Assembly: GCA_964016885.1 (NCBI GenBank)
Contig: OZ024756.1
Location: forward strand, 20,646,001-20,710,000
Direction: 5' to 3'
Length of the DNA stretch: 64,000 nt
Source: Eledone cirrhosa
Lineage: Eukaryota
Shown here: in pieces, positions 48,701 to 63,700 of the stretch
Numbering within the stretch: the first letter of the stretch is position 1
Layout of the letters: every line of letters begins with the position of its first letter
Made by a program: the position numbers and the translations under genes
Notes under the pieces: model-generated
Told to the model about the DNA's origin: nothing
The model's input: only the letters and a program-made list of their open reading frames with translations
Databases searched by the model: none

Positions 48701-51700
48701 TGTCATCAATACCTAGTAGATATTTCATCAACCAATGTCTTGTAAATGTTCCACCATAGAGTTGTCACCAATGTATTGTAGATGTTCCACCATAGAGTTG
48801 TCACCAATGTCTTGTAGATGTTCCACCAGAGTTGTCACCAATGTCCCATAGAGGTTTCACCATAGAGTTGTCACCAATGTCCTGTAGATCTTCCACCATA
48901 GAGTTGTCACCAATGTCTTGTAGATCTTCCACCATAGAGTTGTCACCAATGACTTGTAGATCTTCCACCATAGAGTTGTCAGCAATGTCTTGTAGATTTT
49001 TCACCATACGGTTATTACCAATGTCTTGTAGATGTTCCACCACACAGTTGTCACCAATATCTTGTAGATGTTCCATCACACAGTTGTCACTAATGTCTTG
49101 TAGACATCCCACCACTCAGCTTCATGAATTTCCATTCATCTTTGAGAGATACCACCAATAGACCTAAAAATGAAACAAAACATACCTCCACTTCTTGTTC
49201 CTTAAACCAGCTTCTTAATGTCTACTTCTGTCACCAATGTGTTGTTGTTCCATCACACAGTTGCCACCAAGTCATAGTAGGTGTTTTCCCACAGCTGTCA
49301 TCACATTTCATATGATCCATCACAGTTGTCAACAATGTCTTGTAGATACACCATCACACAGTAGTCACGATAATCCTATATATGTTCCATCACACCGTTG
49401 TCACCAATGTCTTGTAGATGTTCCATCACATATTTGTCACCAATGTCCAGTAGATGTTCCACCACAGCTGTCACCAATGTCATGATATTCCATCACACAG
49501 CTGTCAGTCAGCAGATGTCCCACCACTCAGCTTCATAATCAAACTGAAAACCAAACAAGACATACTTCCACTCTCTTGTCCCTTAGGTCAGCTTCTTAAT
49601 GAGTCTATTTGTGCCTTGACAGTTGCCACCAGATTCCAGCAGTTTTTATTTTATGTTCCATCACATAGTTGTAAAAAATGTCCTGTAGATATTGTCACTT
49701 CCCAGTAGATGTTACACCAAACAACTCACACAAACTTCCATTTCATATTCTATCACAGATCTCACAGCTTCAAATTCACCAGGGAATATTCCACCATACA
49801 ATGCCATAAACCTGAAAATGAAGCAAAACATACCTCCATTTCTTTCTCTCTTGTCAACATATTAAAAGCCCCAGATGTTCCTTCAGACAGTTATCAATAC
49901 CTGGTAGATATTTCATATTAAAGTTGTCACTAATGTCTTGTAGATGTTTCACCATAGAGTTGTCACCAATGTCCTGTAGATGTTCCACCATAGAGTTGTC
50001 ACCAATGTCTTGTAGATCTTCCACGATAGAGTTGTCACCAATGTCTTGTAGATGTTCCACCGGAGTTGTCACCAATGTCCCATAGAGGTTTCACCATAGA
50101 GTTGTCACCAATGTCCTGTAGAGATTTCACCATAGAGTTATCACCAATGTTCTGCAGATGTTCCACCATAGAGTTGTCACCAATGTCTTGTAGATGTTGC
50201 ACCATAGTTGTCACCAATGACTTGAAGATGTTCCACCATAGAGTTGTCATCAATGTCTTGTAGATGTTCCACCGTAGAGTTGTCACCAATGTCCTGTAGA
50301 TGTTCCACCATAGAGTTGTCACCAATGACTTGTAGATGCTGTACCATAGAGTTGTCACCAATGACTTGTAGATGTTCCTCCATAGAGTTGTCACCAATGT
50401 CTTGGAGATGTTCCACCATAGAGTTGTCACCAATGTCTTGGAGATGTTCCACCGTAGAGTTGTCACCAATGTCCTGTAGATGTTCCACCATAGAGTTGTC
50501 ACCAATGTCCTGTAGATGTTCCGCCATAGAGTTGTCACCAATGTCCTGTAGATGTTCCACCATAGAGTTGTCACCAATGACTTGTAGATGCTGTACCATA
50601 GAGTTGTCACCAATGACTTGTAGATGTTCCTCCATAGAGTTGTCACCAATGTCTTGGAGATGTTCCACCGTAGAGTTGTCACCAATGTCCTGTAGATGTT
50701 CCACCATAGAGTTGTCACCAATGTCCTGCAGATGTTCCACTATAGAGTTGTCACCAATGTCTTGTAGATCTTCCACCATAGAGTTGTCAGCAATGTCTTG
50801 TAGATGTTTCAGCATACGGTTATCAGCAATGTCTTGTAGATGTTTCAGCATACGGTTATCACCAATGTCTTGTAGATGTTAACCATAGTTGTCACCAATA
50901 TCTTGTAGATGTTCCATCACAGTTGTCACTAATGTCTTGTAGATGTTCCACCACACAGTTGTCACAAATGTCTTGTAGGTGTTCCATCACACAGTTGACA
51001 ACAATGTTTTGTAATTCCTTCACCACACAGTTGTCAACAATGTCTTGTAGGTGTTTCACCACACAGCTGTCAGCAGATGTCCCACCACTCAGCTTCATGA
51101 ATTTCCATTCATCTTTGAGAGATACCACCAACAGACCTAAAGATGAAACAAAACATACCTCCATTTCTTGTTCCTTAAACCAGCTTCTTATGTCTACTTC
51201 TGTCACAAAAATGTTACCAGCTGTCACCAATGTGTTGTTGTTCCATCACACAGTTGCCACCAAGTCATAGTAGGTGTTTTCTCACAGCTGTCATCACATT
51301 TCATATGATCCAACACAGTTGTCAACAATGTCTTGTAGATGCACCATCACACAGTAATCACGAAAATCCTGTTTATGTTCCATCACACCATTGTCACCAA
51401 TGTCTTGTAGATGTTTGACCATACAGTTGTCACCAATGTCTTGTAGATGTTCCATCACACAGTTGTCACCAATGTCTTGTAGATGTTTCAACACACAGTT
51501 GTCACCAATGTCCTATAGATTTTTCACCTCAGTTATCACCAGTTTGGAGATGTTCCACTCTAATGAATTGTATATCACCGTAGGTGTTCCACCACTCAGC
51601 TTCATAAATTTCCAATGAGATACCACCAACACATCTGAAAATCAGACACGACATACCTCCATACTCTTGTTCCTTCAGTCAGCTTCATAATGTCCGTCTT

Positions 51701-54700
51701 CCAGTATATTTTAGTTGAGGTTCTATCATATAGTTGTCACAAATATCCTGTAGATATTCTCTCACCATAGTTGTGATTTGTCTCTAGTAGATGTTACACC
51801 AAACAACTCACACAAACTTCCATTTCATATTCCATCACTGTGTTCTAACCAGCTTCCAATTCATGTTCTATTGCAGTCATCACCAGGGAATGTTCCACAA
51901 CACAGATTTGATGTTTGTATTTATCATACAGAGAAACCACACACCTGAAAATGAAGCAAGACTGACCTCCAAAACTTTTATTTGCCAACATCTTACTCTC
52001 CAGATCTTCAATTATACAGTTGTCACCTATATCCTGTAGACATTCCACTTCACAGGTGTCACCGATGTCTCGTAGATGCTCCATCACACAGTTGTCACCA
52101 ATATCTTGTAGATGTTCCACGTCACAGTTGTCACCAGTCTCCGGTAGATGTTCCACGTCACAGTTGTCACCAGTCTCCGGTAGATGTTCCACCCAATACT
52201 TTTATAACCAACATCTTGTAGATGTCTCACCATAGCTGTCACCAATATCCAGTCATGTTCCAACACATGGTTGTCAATGTCATGTAGATGTTCCATCACA
52301 GAGTTGTCACCAGCGTTCTGTAAATGCTCCACCACCAAGCTTCATACATTTCCACTATTATTTAGAGATATTAACACCTGAAAATGAAACAAAAGATACT
52401 TCCACCTCTTGTTCCTTAACTGTACAAATGTCACCAATGTCCTGTAGATGTGTCACAACATTGTAACCAAGTCGAAGGAGATGTTCTCTCATAGCTGTCA
52501 TCATATTTCATATGTTCCATCTCACAGTTGTCACCAATATCTTGTAGATGTTCCATCACACAGTGGCCACTAATGTCTTGTAGATGTTCCACCACATAGT
52601 TGTCATAAATGTCCTGTAGGTGTTCCATCACACAGTTGTCACCAATGTTTTGTAGATCTTCCACCACACATTTGTCACCAATGTCTTATAGGTGTTTCAC
52701 CACACAGCTGTCAGCAGATGTCCCACCACTCAGCTTCATGAATTTCCATTTATCATTGAGAAATACCAACACACCTGAAAATCAGACAAGACATACTTCC
52801 ACTCTCTTGTCCCTTAGGTCAGCTTCTTAATGGCTCTATTTGTGCCTTGACAGTTGCCACCAGATTCCAGCAGTTTTTAGTTTATGTTCCATCACATAGT
52901 TGTAAAAAATGTCCTGTAGATATTGTCACTTCCCAGTAGATGTTACACCAAACAACTCACACAAACTTCCATTTCATATTCTATCACAGTTCTCACAGCT
53001 TCAAATTCACCAGGAAATGTTCCACCGTACATTTCTATTTATCATACAATGCCATAAACCTGAAAATGAAGCAAAACATACCTCCATTTCAGTTCGTTCT
53101 CTCTTGTCAACACATTAAAAGCCCCAGATGTTCCTTCAGACAGTTGTCATCAATACGTAGTAGATATTTCATCAACCAATGTCTTGTAGATGTTCCACCA
53201 TAGAGTTGTCACCAATATCTTGTAGATGTTCCACAAGAGTTGTCACAAATGTCCCTTAGAGGTTTCATCATAGAGTTGTCACCAATGCCCTGTAGAGATT
53301 TCACCATAGAGTTATCACCAATGTCCTGTAGATGTTCCAGCATAGAGTTGTCAACAATGTCTTGTAGATCTTCCACCATAGAGTTGTCAGCAATGTCTTG
53401 TAGATGTTTCACCATACGGTAATTGCCAATGTCTTGTAGATGTTCCACCATAGAGTTGTCACCAATGTCTTGTAGATGTTCCACCAGAGTTGTCACGAAT
53501 GTCTTGTAGATGTTCCACCACACAGTTGTCACCAATATCTTGTAGATGTTCCATCACACAGTTGTCACTAATGTCTTGTAGACGTCCCACCACTCAGCTT
53601 CATGAATTTCCATTCATCTTTGAGATACCACCAACGGACCTAAAAATGAAACAAAACATACCTCCACTTCTTGTTCCTTAAACCAGCTTCTTAATGTCTA
53701 CTTCTGTCACCAATGTGTTGTTGTTCCATCACACAGTTGCCACCAAGTCATAGTAGGTGTTTTCTCACAGCTGTCATCACATTTCATATGATCCATCACA
53801 GTTGTCAATGTCTTGTAGATGCATCATCACACAGTAGTCACGATAATCCTATATATGTTCCATCACACCGTTGTCACCAATGCCTTGTAGATGTTCCTTC
53901 CATCACATATTTGACACCAATGTCCAGTAGATGTTCCACCACAGCTGTCACCAATGTCATGATATTCCATCACACAGCTGTCAGTCAACAGATGTCCCAC
54001 CACCCAGCTTCATAAATTTCCATTTATCATTGAGAGATACCAACACACCTGAAAACCAAACAAGACATACTTCCACTCTCTTGTCCCTTAGGTCAGATTC
54101 TTAATGAGTCTATTTGTGCCTTGGCAGTTGCCACCATTTTTTATTTTATGTTCCATCACATAGTTGTCAAAAATGTCCTGTAGATATTGTCACTTCCCAG
54201 TAGATGTTACACCAAACAACTCGCACAAACTTCCATTTCATATTCTATCACAGATCTCACAGCTTCAAATTCACCATACAATGCCATAAACCTGAAAATG
54301 AAGCAAAACATACCTCCATTTCGTTCTCTCTTGTCAACATATTAAAAGCCCCAGATGTTCCTTCAGACAGTTATCAATACCTAGTAGATATTTCATATTA
54401 AAGTTGTCACTAATGTCTTGTAGATGTTTCACCATAGAGTTGTCACCAATGTCCTGTAGATGTTCCACCATAGAGTTGTCACCAATGTCCTGTAGATCTT
54501 CCACGATAGAGTTGTCACCAATGTCTTGTAGATGTTCCACCGGAGTTGTCACCAATGTCCCATAGAGGTTTCACCATAGAGTTGTCACCAATGTCCTGTA
54601 GAGATTTCACCATAGAGTTATCACCAATGTTCTGCAGATGTTCCACCATAGAGTTGTCACCAATGTCTTGTAGATCTTCCACCATAGAGTTGTCAGCAAT

Positions 54701-57700
54701 GTCTTGTAGATGTTTCACCATACGGTTACCGCCAATGTCTTGTAGATGTTCCACCACACAGTTGTCACCAATATCTTGTAGATGTTCCATCACACAGTTG
54801 TCACTAATGTCTTGTAGACGTCCCACCACTCAGCTTCATGAATTTCCATTCATTGAGAGATACCAACAGACCTAAAAATGAAATAAAACATACCTCCATT
54901 TCTTGTTCCTTAAACCAGCTTCTTAATGTCTACTTCTGTCACAAAAATGTTACCAGCTGTCACCAAGTCATAGTAGGTGTTTTCTCACAGCTGTCATCAC
55001 ATTTCATATGATCCATCACAGTTGTCAATGTCTTGTAGATGCATCATCACACAGTAGTCACGATAATTCTGTATATGTTCCATCACACCATTGTCACCAA
55101 TGTCTTGTAGATGTTCCTTCCATCACATATTTGTCACCAATGTCCAGTAGATGTTCCACCACAGCTGTCACCAATGTCATGATATTCCATCACACAGCTG
55201 TCAGTCAACAGATGTCCCCCCACCCAGCTTCATAAATTTCCATTTATCATTGAAAGATACCAACACACCTGAAAATCAAACAAGACATACTTCCACTCTC
55301 TTGTCCCTTAGGTCAGATTCTTAATGACTATTTGTGCTTTGACAGTTGCCACCAGATTCCAACAGTTTTTAGTTTATGTTCCATCACATAGTTGTCAAAA
55401 ATGTCCTGTAGATATTGTCACTTCCCAGTAGATGTTACACCAAACAACTCGCACAAACTTCCATTTCATATTCTATCACAGATCTCACAGCTTCAAATTC
55501 ACCAGGGAATATTCCACCATACAATGCCATAAACCTGAAAATGAAGCAAACATACCTCCATTTCGTTCTCTCTTGTCAACATATTAAAAGCCCCAGATGT
55601 TCCTTCAGACAGTTATCAATACCTAGTAGATATTTCATATTAAAGTTGTCACCAATGTCTTGTAGATGTTCCACCATAGAGTTGTCACCAATGACTTGTA
55701 GATGTTCCACCATAGAGTTGTCACCAATGTCTTGTAGATGTTCCACCGTAGAGTTGTCACCAATGTCCTGTAGATGTTCCACCGTAGAGTTGTTACCAAT
55801 GACTTGTAGATGTTCCACCATAGAGTTGTCACCAATGTCCTGTAGATGTTCCACCATAGAGTTGTCACCAATGTCTTGTAGATGTTCCACCATAGAGTTG
55901 TCACCAATGTTCTGTAGAGATTTCACCATAGAGTTGTCACCAATGTCCTGTAGAGATTTCACCATAGAGTTATCCCCAATGTCCTGTAGATGTTCCACCA
56001 TAGAGTTGTCACCAATGTCTTGTAGATCTTCCACCATAGAGTTGTCAGCAATGTCTTGTAGATGTTTCACCATACGGTTATCGCCTATGTCTTGTAGATG
56101 TTCCACCACACAGTTGTCACCAATATCCTGTAGATGTTCCATCACACAGTTGTCACTAATGTCTTGTAGACGTCCCACCACTCAGCTTCATGAATTTCCA
56201 TTCATCTTTGAGATACCACCAACAGACCTAAAAATGAAACAAAACACACCCTCATTTCTTGTTCCTTAAACCAGCTTCTTAATGTCTACTTCTGTCACAA
56301 ATGTGTTGTTGTTCCATCACACAGTTGCCACCAAGTCATAGTAGGTGTTTTCTCACAGCTGTCATCACATTTCATATGATCCATCACAGTTGTCAACAAT
56401 GTCTTGTAGATGCACCATCACACAGCAGTCACGAAAATCCTGTTTATGTTCCATCACCAATGTCCTGTAGATGCTCCACCACACAGTTGTCACCAATGTC
56501 CTGTAGATGTTTCATCACACAGTTGTCACCAACGTCCTGTAGATGTTCCACCACACAGTTGTCACCAATGTCCTGTAGATGTTCCATCACTCAGCTTCAT
56601 ATATTTCCCATTAATTATTCAGACACCACCAACACGCCTGAAAATGAAACAAAAACATACCACCACCTCTTTTTCCTTAAGCCAGCTTCTTCATGTCTCC
56701 AGTTGTTCTTTCACAGATGTCAATAGCTGTCACCAATGTCTTGTAGATCTTCCACCAGAGCTGTCACAAAGTTGCAGTATGTGTTCTCTCACAGCAGTCA
56801 TCATATTTCCTATGATCCATCATAAAGTTGTCACCAATGTCTTGTAGATATTCCATCACTTCATGAATTTCCATTAATCATTTAGAGACACCAACACACC
56901 TGAAAATGAAACAATATGTACCTCCACCTCTTTCCTTAAGTCACCATATTCCAGCAGTTTTTAGTTGATGTTCCACCATACAGATGCCACTTTTCTCCAG
57001 TAGATGTTACACCAACCGCTCACACAAACTCCATTTGATATTTCCCTACTTCTCAGTTCTCAGCAGCTTCCAATTCCTGTTCTATAGCAGTCATGGCCAG
57101 GGAATATTCCACCACACAGATTTCACATTTCTATTAATCATACACAAATACTACACACCTGAAAATGAAGCAAAACACCACCAATACTTTCTCTCACCAC
57201 CATCTTAAAGTCTCCAGATCTTCCATCACACAGTTGTCACCAATGTTTTCTAGATGTTCCATCACACAGTTGTCAAAGACTTGAACATTTCCCTGAAAAA
57301 CTGTCACCAATGTCTTGCAAATGTTGCACCACATTTGTCACCAATGTCCAGTAGAAGTTCACTACAATTGTTACCATGTAGATGCACTACCATAAACTTA
57401 TTACCAATGTCCTGCAGATGCTGCATCACAATTTTATGGGAACAAGTTCCAGTAGGTATTTTCACACTAAAGTCATCACACAGTTGTCACCAATGTCTTG
57501 CAGATGTTCCATCACACAATTGTCACCAATGTCTTGTAGATATTCCAACAAACAGTTGTCACCAATGTCTTGTAGATGTTCCACCACACAGCTGTAACCA
57601 ATGTCCTGCAGATGTTCCATCACAGTTCTCACTAATGCCCTGTTGATGTTCCATCACACAGCTATCACCAATGTCTTGTAGATGTTCCATCACAGTTCTC

Positions 57701-60700
57701 ACTAATATCCTGTAGATGTTCCACCACACAGTTGTCAGTCAGCAGCATAGGTCCCACCATTCAGCTTCATAAAATTTCCATTCATAATCCAGTGACAGAA
57801 CCAACACATACCTCCACCCTCTTGTTCCTTACGTCACCTTAATATCTATTCCTTCACAGATGTCATTTATCAGACAATGATACCACACACCTGAAAATGA
57901 AGCAAAATATACCTCCATTTTTTCCCCTCTTGTGAAAGTCCCAGATGTTCCTTGACACAGTTGTGACCAATATCTTGTAAATGCTCAATCACAGCTGTCA
58001 CCAATGTCTTGTAGATGTTCCACCACATTTGTGACCAGTATATTCCATCACTCAGTTGTCACCAATGTCTTGTAGATGTTCCATCACACAGTTGTCACAA
58101 ATGTCTTGTAGGTGTTCCATCACACAGTTGACACCAATGTTTTATAATTCCTTCACCACACAGTTGTCAACAATGTCTTGTAGGTGTTTCACCACACAGC
58201 TGTCAGCAGATGTCCCACCACTCAGCTTCATGAATTTCCATTCATCTTTGAGAGATACCACCAACGGACCTGAAATTGAAACAAAACATACCTCCACCCT
58301 CTTGTTCTTTAAACCAGCTTCTTAACATCTCCACTTCTTTCTGCACAGATGTCACCAGATTCCAGCAGTTATTGTTCCATCATATAGTTGTCACAAATGT
58401 CCCGTAGATATTCTCTCAACATAGTTGTCACTTGTCTCCAGTAGATGTACACCAAACAGCTCACACAAACTTCCATTTGATATTCCATCACTGAGTTGTC
58501 ACCAATGTATTCTAGATGTTCCATCACACAGTTGTCACCAATGTCTTGCATATGTTCCATCATAGTTGTCACCAATGTCTCATAGATCTTCCATCACATA
58601 GTTGTCACCAATGTATTCTAGATGTTCCATCACACAGTTGTCACCAATGTATTCTAGATGTTCCATCACACAGTTGTCACCAATGTCTTGCAGATGTTCC
58701 ATCACAGTTGTCACCAATGTCTCATAGATCTTCCATCACATAGTTGTCACCAATGTATTCTAGATGTTCCATCACACAGTTGTCACCAATGTATTCTAGA
58801 TGTTTCACCACAGCTGTCAGATGTCATTGAGATACCACCAACAAACCTGAAATTGAAACAAAACATACCTCCACCCTCTTGTTCTTTAAACCAGCTTCTT
58901 AACGTCTCCACTTCTTTCTGCACAGATGTCACCAGATTCCAGCAGTTATTGTTCCATCATATAGTTGTCACAAATGTCTCGTAGATATTCTCTCAACATA
59001 GTTGTCACTCTCCAGTAGATGTACACCAAACAGCTCACACAAACTTCCATTTGATATTCCATCACTGAGTTGTCACCAATGTATTCTAGATGTTCCATCA
59101 CACAGTTGTCACCAATGTCTTGCATATGTTCCATCATAGTTGTCACCAATGTCTCATAGATCTTCCATCACATAGTTGTCACCAATGTATTCTAGATGTT
59201 CCATCACACAGTTGTCACCAATGTATTCTAGATGTTCCATCACACAGTTGTCACCAATGTATTCTAGATGTTCCATCACACAGTTGTCACCAATGTATTC
59301 CAGATGTTCCATCACAGTTGTCACCAATGTATTCTAGATGTTCCATCACACAGTTGTCACCAATGTATTCTAGATGTTCCATCACACAGTTGTCACCAAT
59401 GTATTCTAGATTTTCCTTCACACAGTTGTCACCAATGTATTCTAGATGTTCCACCACACAGTTGTCAGTCAGCAGCATAGGTTCCACCATTCAACTTCAT
59501 AAAATTTCCATTCATCATCCAGTGACAGAACCAACACATCTGAAAATGAAACAAGACATACCTCCAGCCTCTTGTTCCTTAAGTCACCTTAATATTTCTT
59601 TCTTCCTTCACAGATGTCAGCAGATTCCAGAAATTTTCAGTTGAGGTTTTAGCAAAAACTTGTCACAAATGTCCTGTAGATTTTCTGTCACCTTAGTTGC
59701 TATTTATCTTCTGTACACTAAACAGCTCACACAAATTACCATTTGATATTCCATGACAGTTCTCACCAGCTTTCAATTCATGTTCCATCGCTGTCATCAA
59801 CAAGGAATGTTCAACCACATAGATTTCCTGTTTCTATTTCAGACAATGATACCACACATCTGAAAATGAAGCAAAACATACCTCTTTTTTCCCTTCTTGT
59901 GAAAGTCCCAGATGTTTCTTCACAGAGTTGTGACCAACATCTTGTAGATTCTCTATCACAGATGTCACCAGTATGTTGTAGATGTTCTACCACTCAGTTG
60001 TCACTAATGTCCTGTAGATGTTCCATCACACAGTTGTCACCAATGTCCTGTAGATGTTCCATCACACAGTTGTCACCAATGTCCTGTAGATGTTCCATCA
60101 CACAGTTGTCACCAATGTCCTGTAGATGTTCCATCACACAGTTGTCACCAATGTCTTGTAGATATCCCATCACACAGTTGTCATCAATGTCTTGTAGATG
60201 TCGCATCACACAGTTGTCATCAATGTCTTGTAGATGTTCCATCACAGTTGTTATCAATGTCTTGTAGATGCTCACCACAGTTGTCATCTATGTCCTGCAG
60301 ATGTTCCTTCACACAGTTGTCACCAATGTCTTGTAGATGTTCCATCACACAGCTGTACATCAGCAGCAGATGTCCCACCACTCAGCTTCATAAATTTCCA
60401 TTCATCCTGGAGAGATACCACCAACACACCTGAAATTGAAACAAGACATACCTCCACCCTCTTGTTTCTTAATGTCTCCACTTCTTCCTGCACAGAAGTC
60501 ACCATATTCCAGCAGTTACTAGTTATTGTTCCATCATATAGTTGTCACATATGTCCTGAAGATATTTACTCACCATAGTTGTCAGTAGATGTACACCAAA
60601 CAGTTCACATAAACTTCCATTTGATATCCCATCACAGTTCTCACCAGCTTCCATTTCATGTAGATGACCCACCACAGTTTTCACCAGTATGTCGTTCCAC

Positions 60701-63700
60701 CACAGTTGTCACCAGTATGTTGTAGATGTTCCATCACACAGTTGTCACCAGTATGTTGTAGATGTCCCATCACAGTTGTCACCAGTATGTTGTAAATGTC
60801 CCATCACACAGTTGTCACCAGTATGTTGTAGATGTTCCATCACACAGCTTCATAAATTTCCATTCATCACTGAGAGATACCACCAACACACCTGAAATTG
60901 AAACAAAACATACCTCCACTCTCTTGTTTCTTAATGTCTCCACTTCTTCCTGCACAGATGTCACATTCCAGCAGTTACTAGTTGTTCCATCATATAGTTG
61001 TCACATATGTCCTGAAGATATTTACTCACCATAGTTGTCAGTAGATGTACACCAAACAGTTCACAAAAACTTCCATTTGATATCCCATCACAGTTCTCAC
61101 CAGCCTCCATTCCCTGCCCCCTCTTGTTAAAGTCCCAGATGTTCTTTCACACAGCTGTGACCAATATCTTGTAGATGCTCAATCACAGATGTCACCAATA
61201 TCTAATAGCTGCTCAATCACAGTTGTCAACAATGTTTTGTAAATGTTCCATCACACAGTTGTCACAAATATCTTGTAGATGTTCCTTCACACAGTTAGCA
61301 CCAATGAGATGCTCACCACAGTTGTCACCAATGTCTTGTAGATGTTCCACCACAGTTGTCACCAATGTCTTGTAGATGTTCCACCACAGTTGTCACCAAT
61401 GTCTTGTAGATGTTCCACCACAGTTGTCACCAGTATGTTGTAGATGTTCCACCACACAGTTGTCACCAGTATGTTGTAGTTGTAGATGTTCCACCACAGT
61501 TGTCACCAGTATGTTGTAGATGTTCCATCACGCAGCTGTCCCACCACTCAGCTTCATACATTTCCATTCATCCTGGAGAGATACCACCAACACACCTGAA
61601 ATTGAAACAAGACATACCTCCACCCTCTTGTTTCTTAATGTCTCCACTTCTTCCTGCACAGATGTCACATTCCAGCAGTTACTAGTTATTGTTCCATCAT
61701 ATAGTTGTCACATATGTCCTGTAGATATTGTCTCACCATAGTTGTCAATAGATGTACACCAAACAGTTCACATAAACTTCCATTTGATATCCCATCACAG
61801 TTCTCACCAGCTTCCATTTCATGTTCTATTGCAGTCATCAACAGTGAATGTTCAACCACAGATTTCACTTTTTCATTTATCATATAATGATACCACACGC
61901 CTGAAAATGAATCAAAACATACCTCCATTTCTTTCTCTCTTGTCACCATCTCCAGATGTCTCTTCATACATGCAACATCATTATTTTGTAGATCTTCCAT
62001 CACACAGTTGTCATCAATGCCTTGTAGATGTTCCACTCAATGCCTTGTAGATGTTCCACTCAATGCCTTGTAGATGTTCCACAACAGTTGTCACCAATGT
62101 CTTGTAGATGCTGCACCACACAGTTGTCACCAATGTCTTGTAGATGCTGCACCACACAGTTGTCACCAATGTCTTGTAGATGCTGCACCACACAGTTGTC
62201 ACCAATGTCTTGTAGATGCTGCACCACACAGTTGTCACCAATGTCTTGTAGATGCTTCACCACACAGTTGTCACCAATGTCTTGTAGATGCTGCACCACA
62301 CAGTTGTCACCAATGTCTTGTAGATGCTGCACCACACAGTTGTCACCAATGTCTTGTAGATGCTGCACCACACAGTTGTCACCAATGTCTCGTAGATCTT
62401 CCATCACATAGTTGGCACCACTGTCTCGTAGATGTTCCACCAAACAGTTGTCACCAATGTCTCATAGATCTTCCATCACACAGTTGTCACCAATGTCTCA
62501 TAGATCTTCCATCACACAGTTGTCACCAATGTCTCATAGATCTTCCATCACACAGTTGTCACCAATGTCTCGTAGATCTTCCATCACACAGTTGGCACCA
62601 GTCTCGTAGATATTCCACCACATAGTTGGCACCAGTCTTGTAGATATTCCACCACATAGTTGGCACCAGTCTTGTAGATATTCCACCACATAGTTGACAA
62701 TGTATTCTAGATGTTCCAGGAGTCCTCACTAATGTCCTGTAGATGTTCCAACACAGTTGTCAGTCAGCAGCATAGGTCCCACCACATCTGAAAATGAAAC
62801 AAGACATAACTCCTACCTCTTCTTAATGTCTCCACTTCTTTCTGCACAGATGTCACCAGTTACTAGTTATTGTTCCATCATATAGTTGTCACATATGTCC
62901 TGTAGATATTCTCTCACCATCGTTCTCAGTAGATGTATAGCTAACAATTCACAAAAACTTCCATTTGATATCCCATCAGTTCTCACCAGCTTCCATTTCA
63001 TGTTCTATTGCAGTCATCTCCATGGAATGTTCAGAGACTTCACTTTTTCATTTATCATACAATGATACCACACACCTGAAAATGAAGCAAAACATACCTC
63101 CATTTATTTCTTCATACATCCAACATCATTATTTTGTAGATCTTCCATTACAGTTGTTACCAATGCCCTGCAGCTGTTCCATCACACAGTTGTCACCAAT
63201 GCCTTGCAGATGTTCCAAGACAGTTGTCACCAGTACTATGTAGATGTTCCAACACACAGATGTCAGCAATGTCTTGTAGATGTTCCATCTTGTCACCAAT
63301 GTCTTGTAGATGTTCCATCTTGTCACCAATGTCCTGCAGCTGTTCCATCACAGTTGTCATCAATGTCTTGTAGATGTTCCACCACACAATTGTCACCCAA
63401 TGTCTTGTAGATGTTCCATGTTGTCACCAATGTCTTGTAGATGTTCCATCTTGTCACCAATGTCCTGCAGCTGTTCCATCACACAGTTGTCATCAATGTC
63501 TTGTAGATGTTCCACCACAGTTGTCACCAGTACATTGTAGATGTTCCATCACACAACTATCACCAATGTTCTGTAGATGTTCCACCACACAATTGTCACC
63601 CAATGTCTTGTAGATCTTCCATCACACAGTTGTCACCAATGTCCTGCAGCTGTTCCACCACACAGTTGTCATCAATGTCCAGCAGATCATTCAGAATCTG

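Noticed and set aside
50035-62625. ORFs with VEHLQDIGDNSM, STIELSPMSCRC and PSHSCHQCLVDV repeats (zinc-finger or keratin-associated look)
   Set aside because: By-products of the 36-bp period; broken by 34-bp units and stop-containing cassettes; C/H spacing does not match C2H2 fingers.
48740-63660. 36-bp repeats starting GTTGT, resembling CRISPR direct repeats
   Set aside because: Units are head-to-tail with no unique spacers, there are no cas genes, and the DNA is intron-containing eukaryotic sequence.
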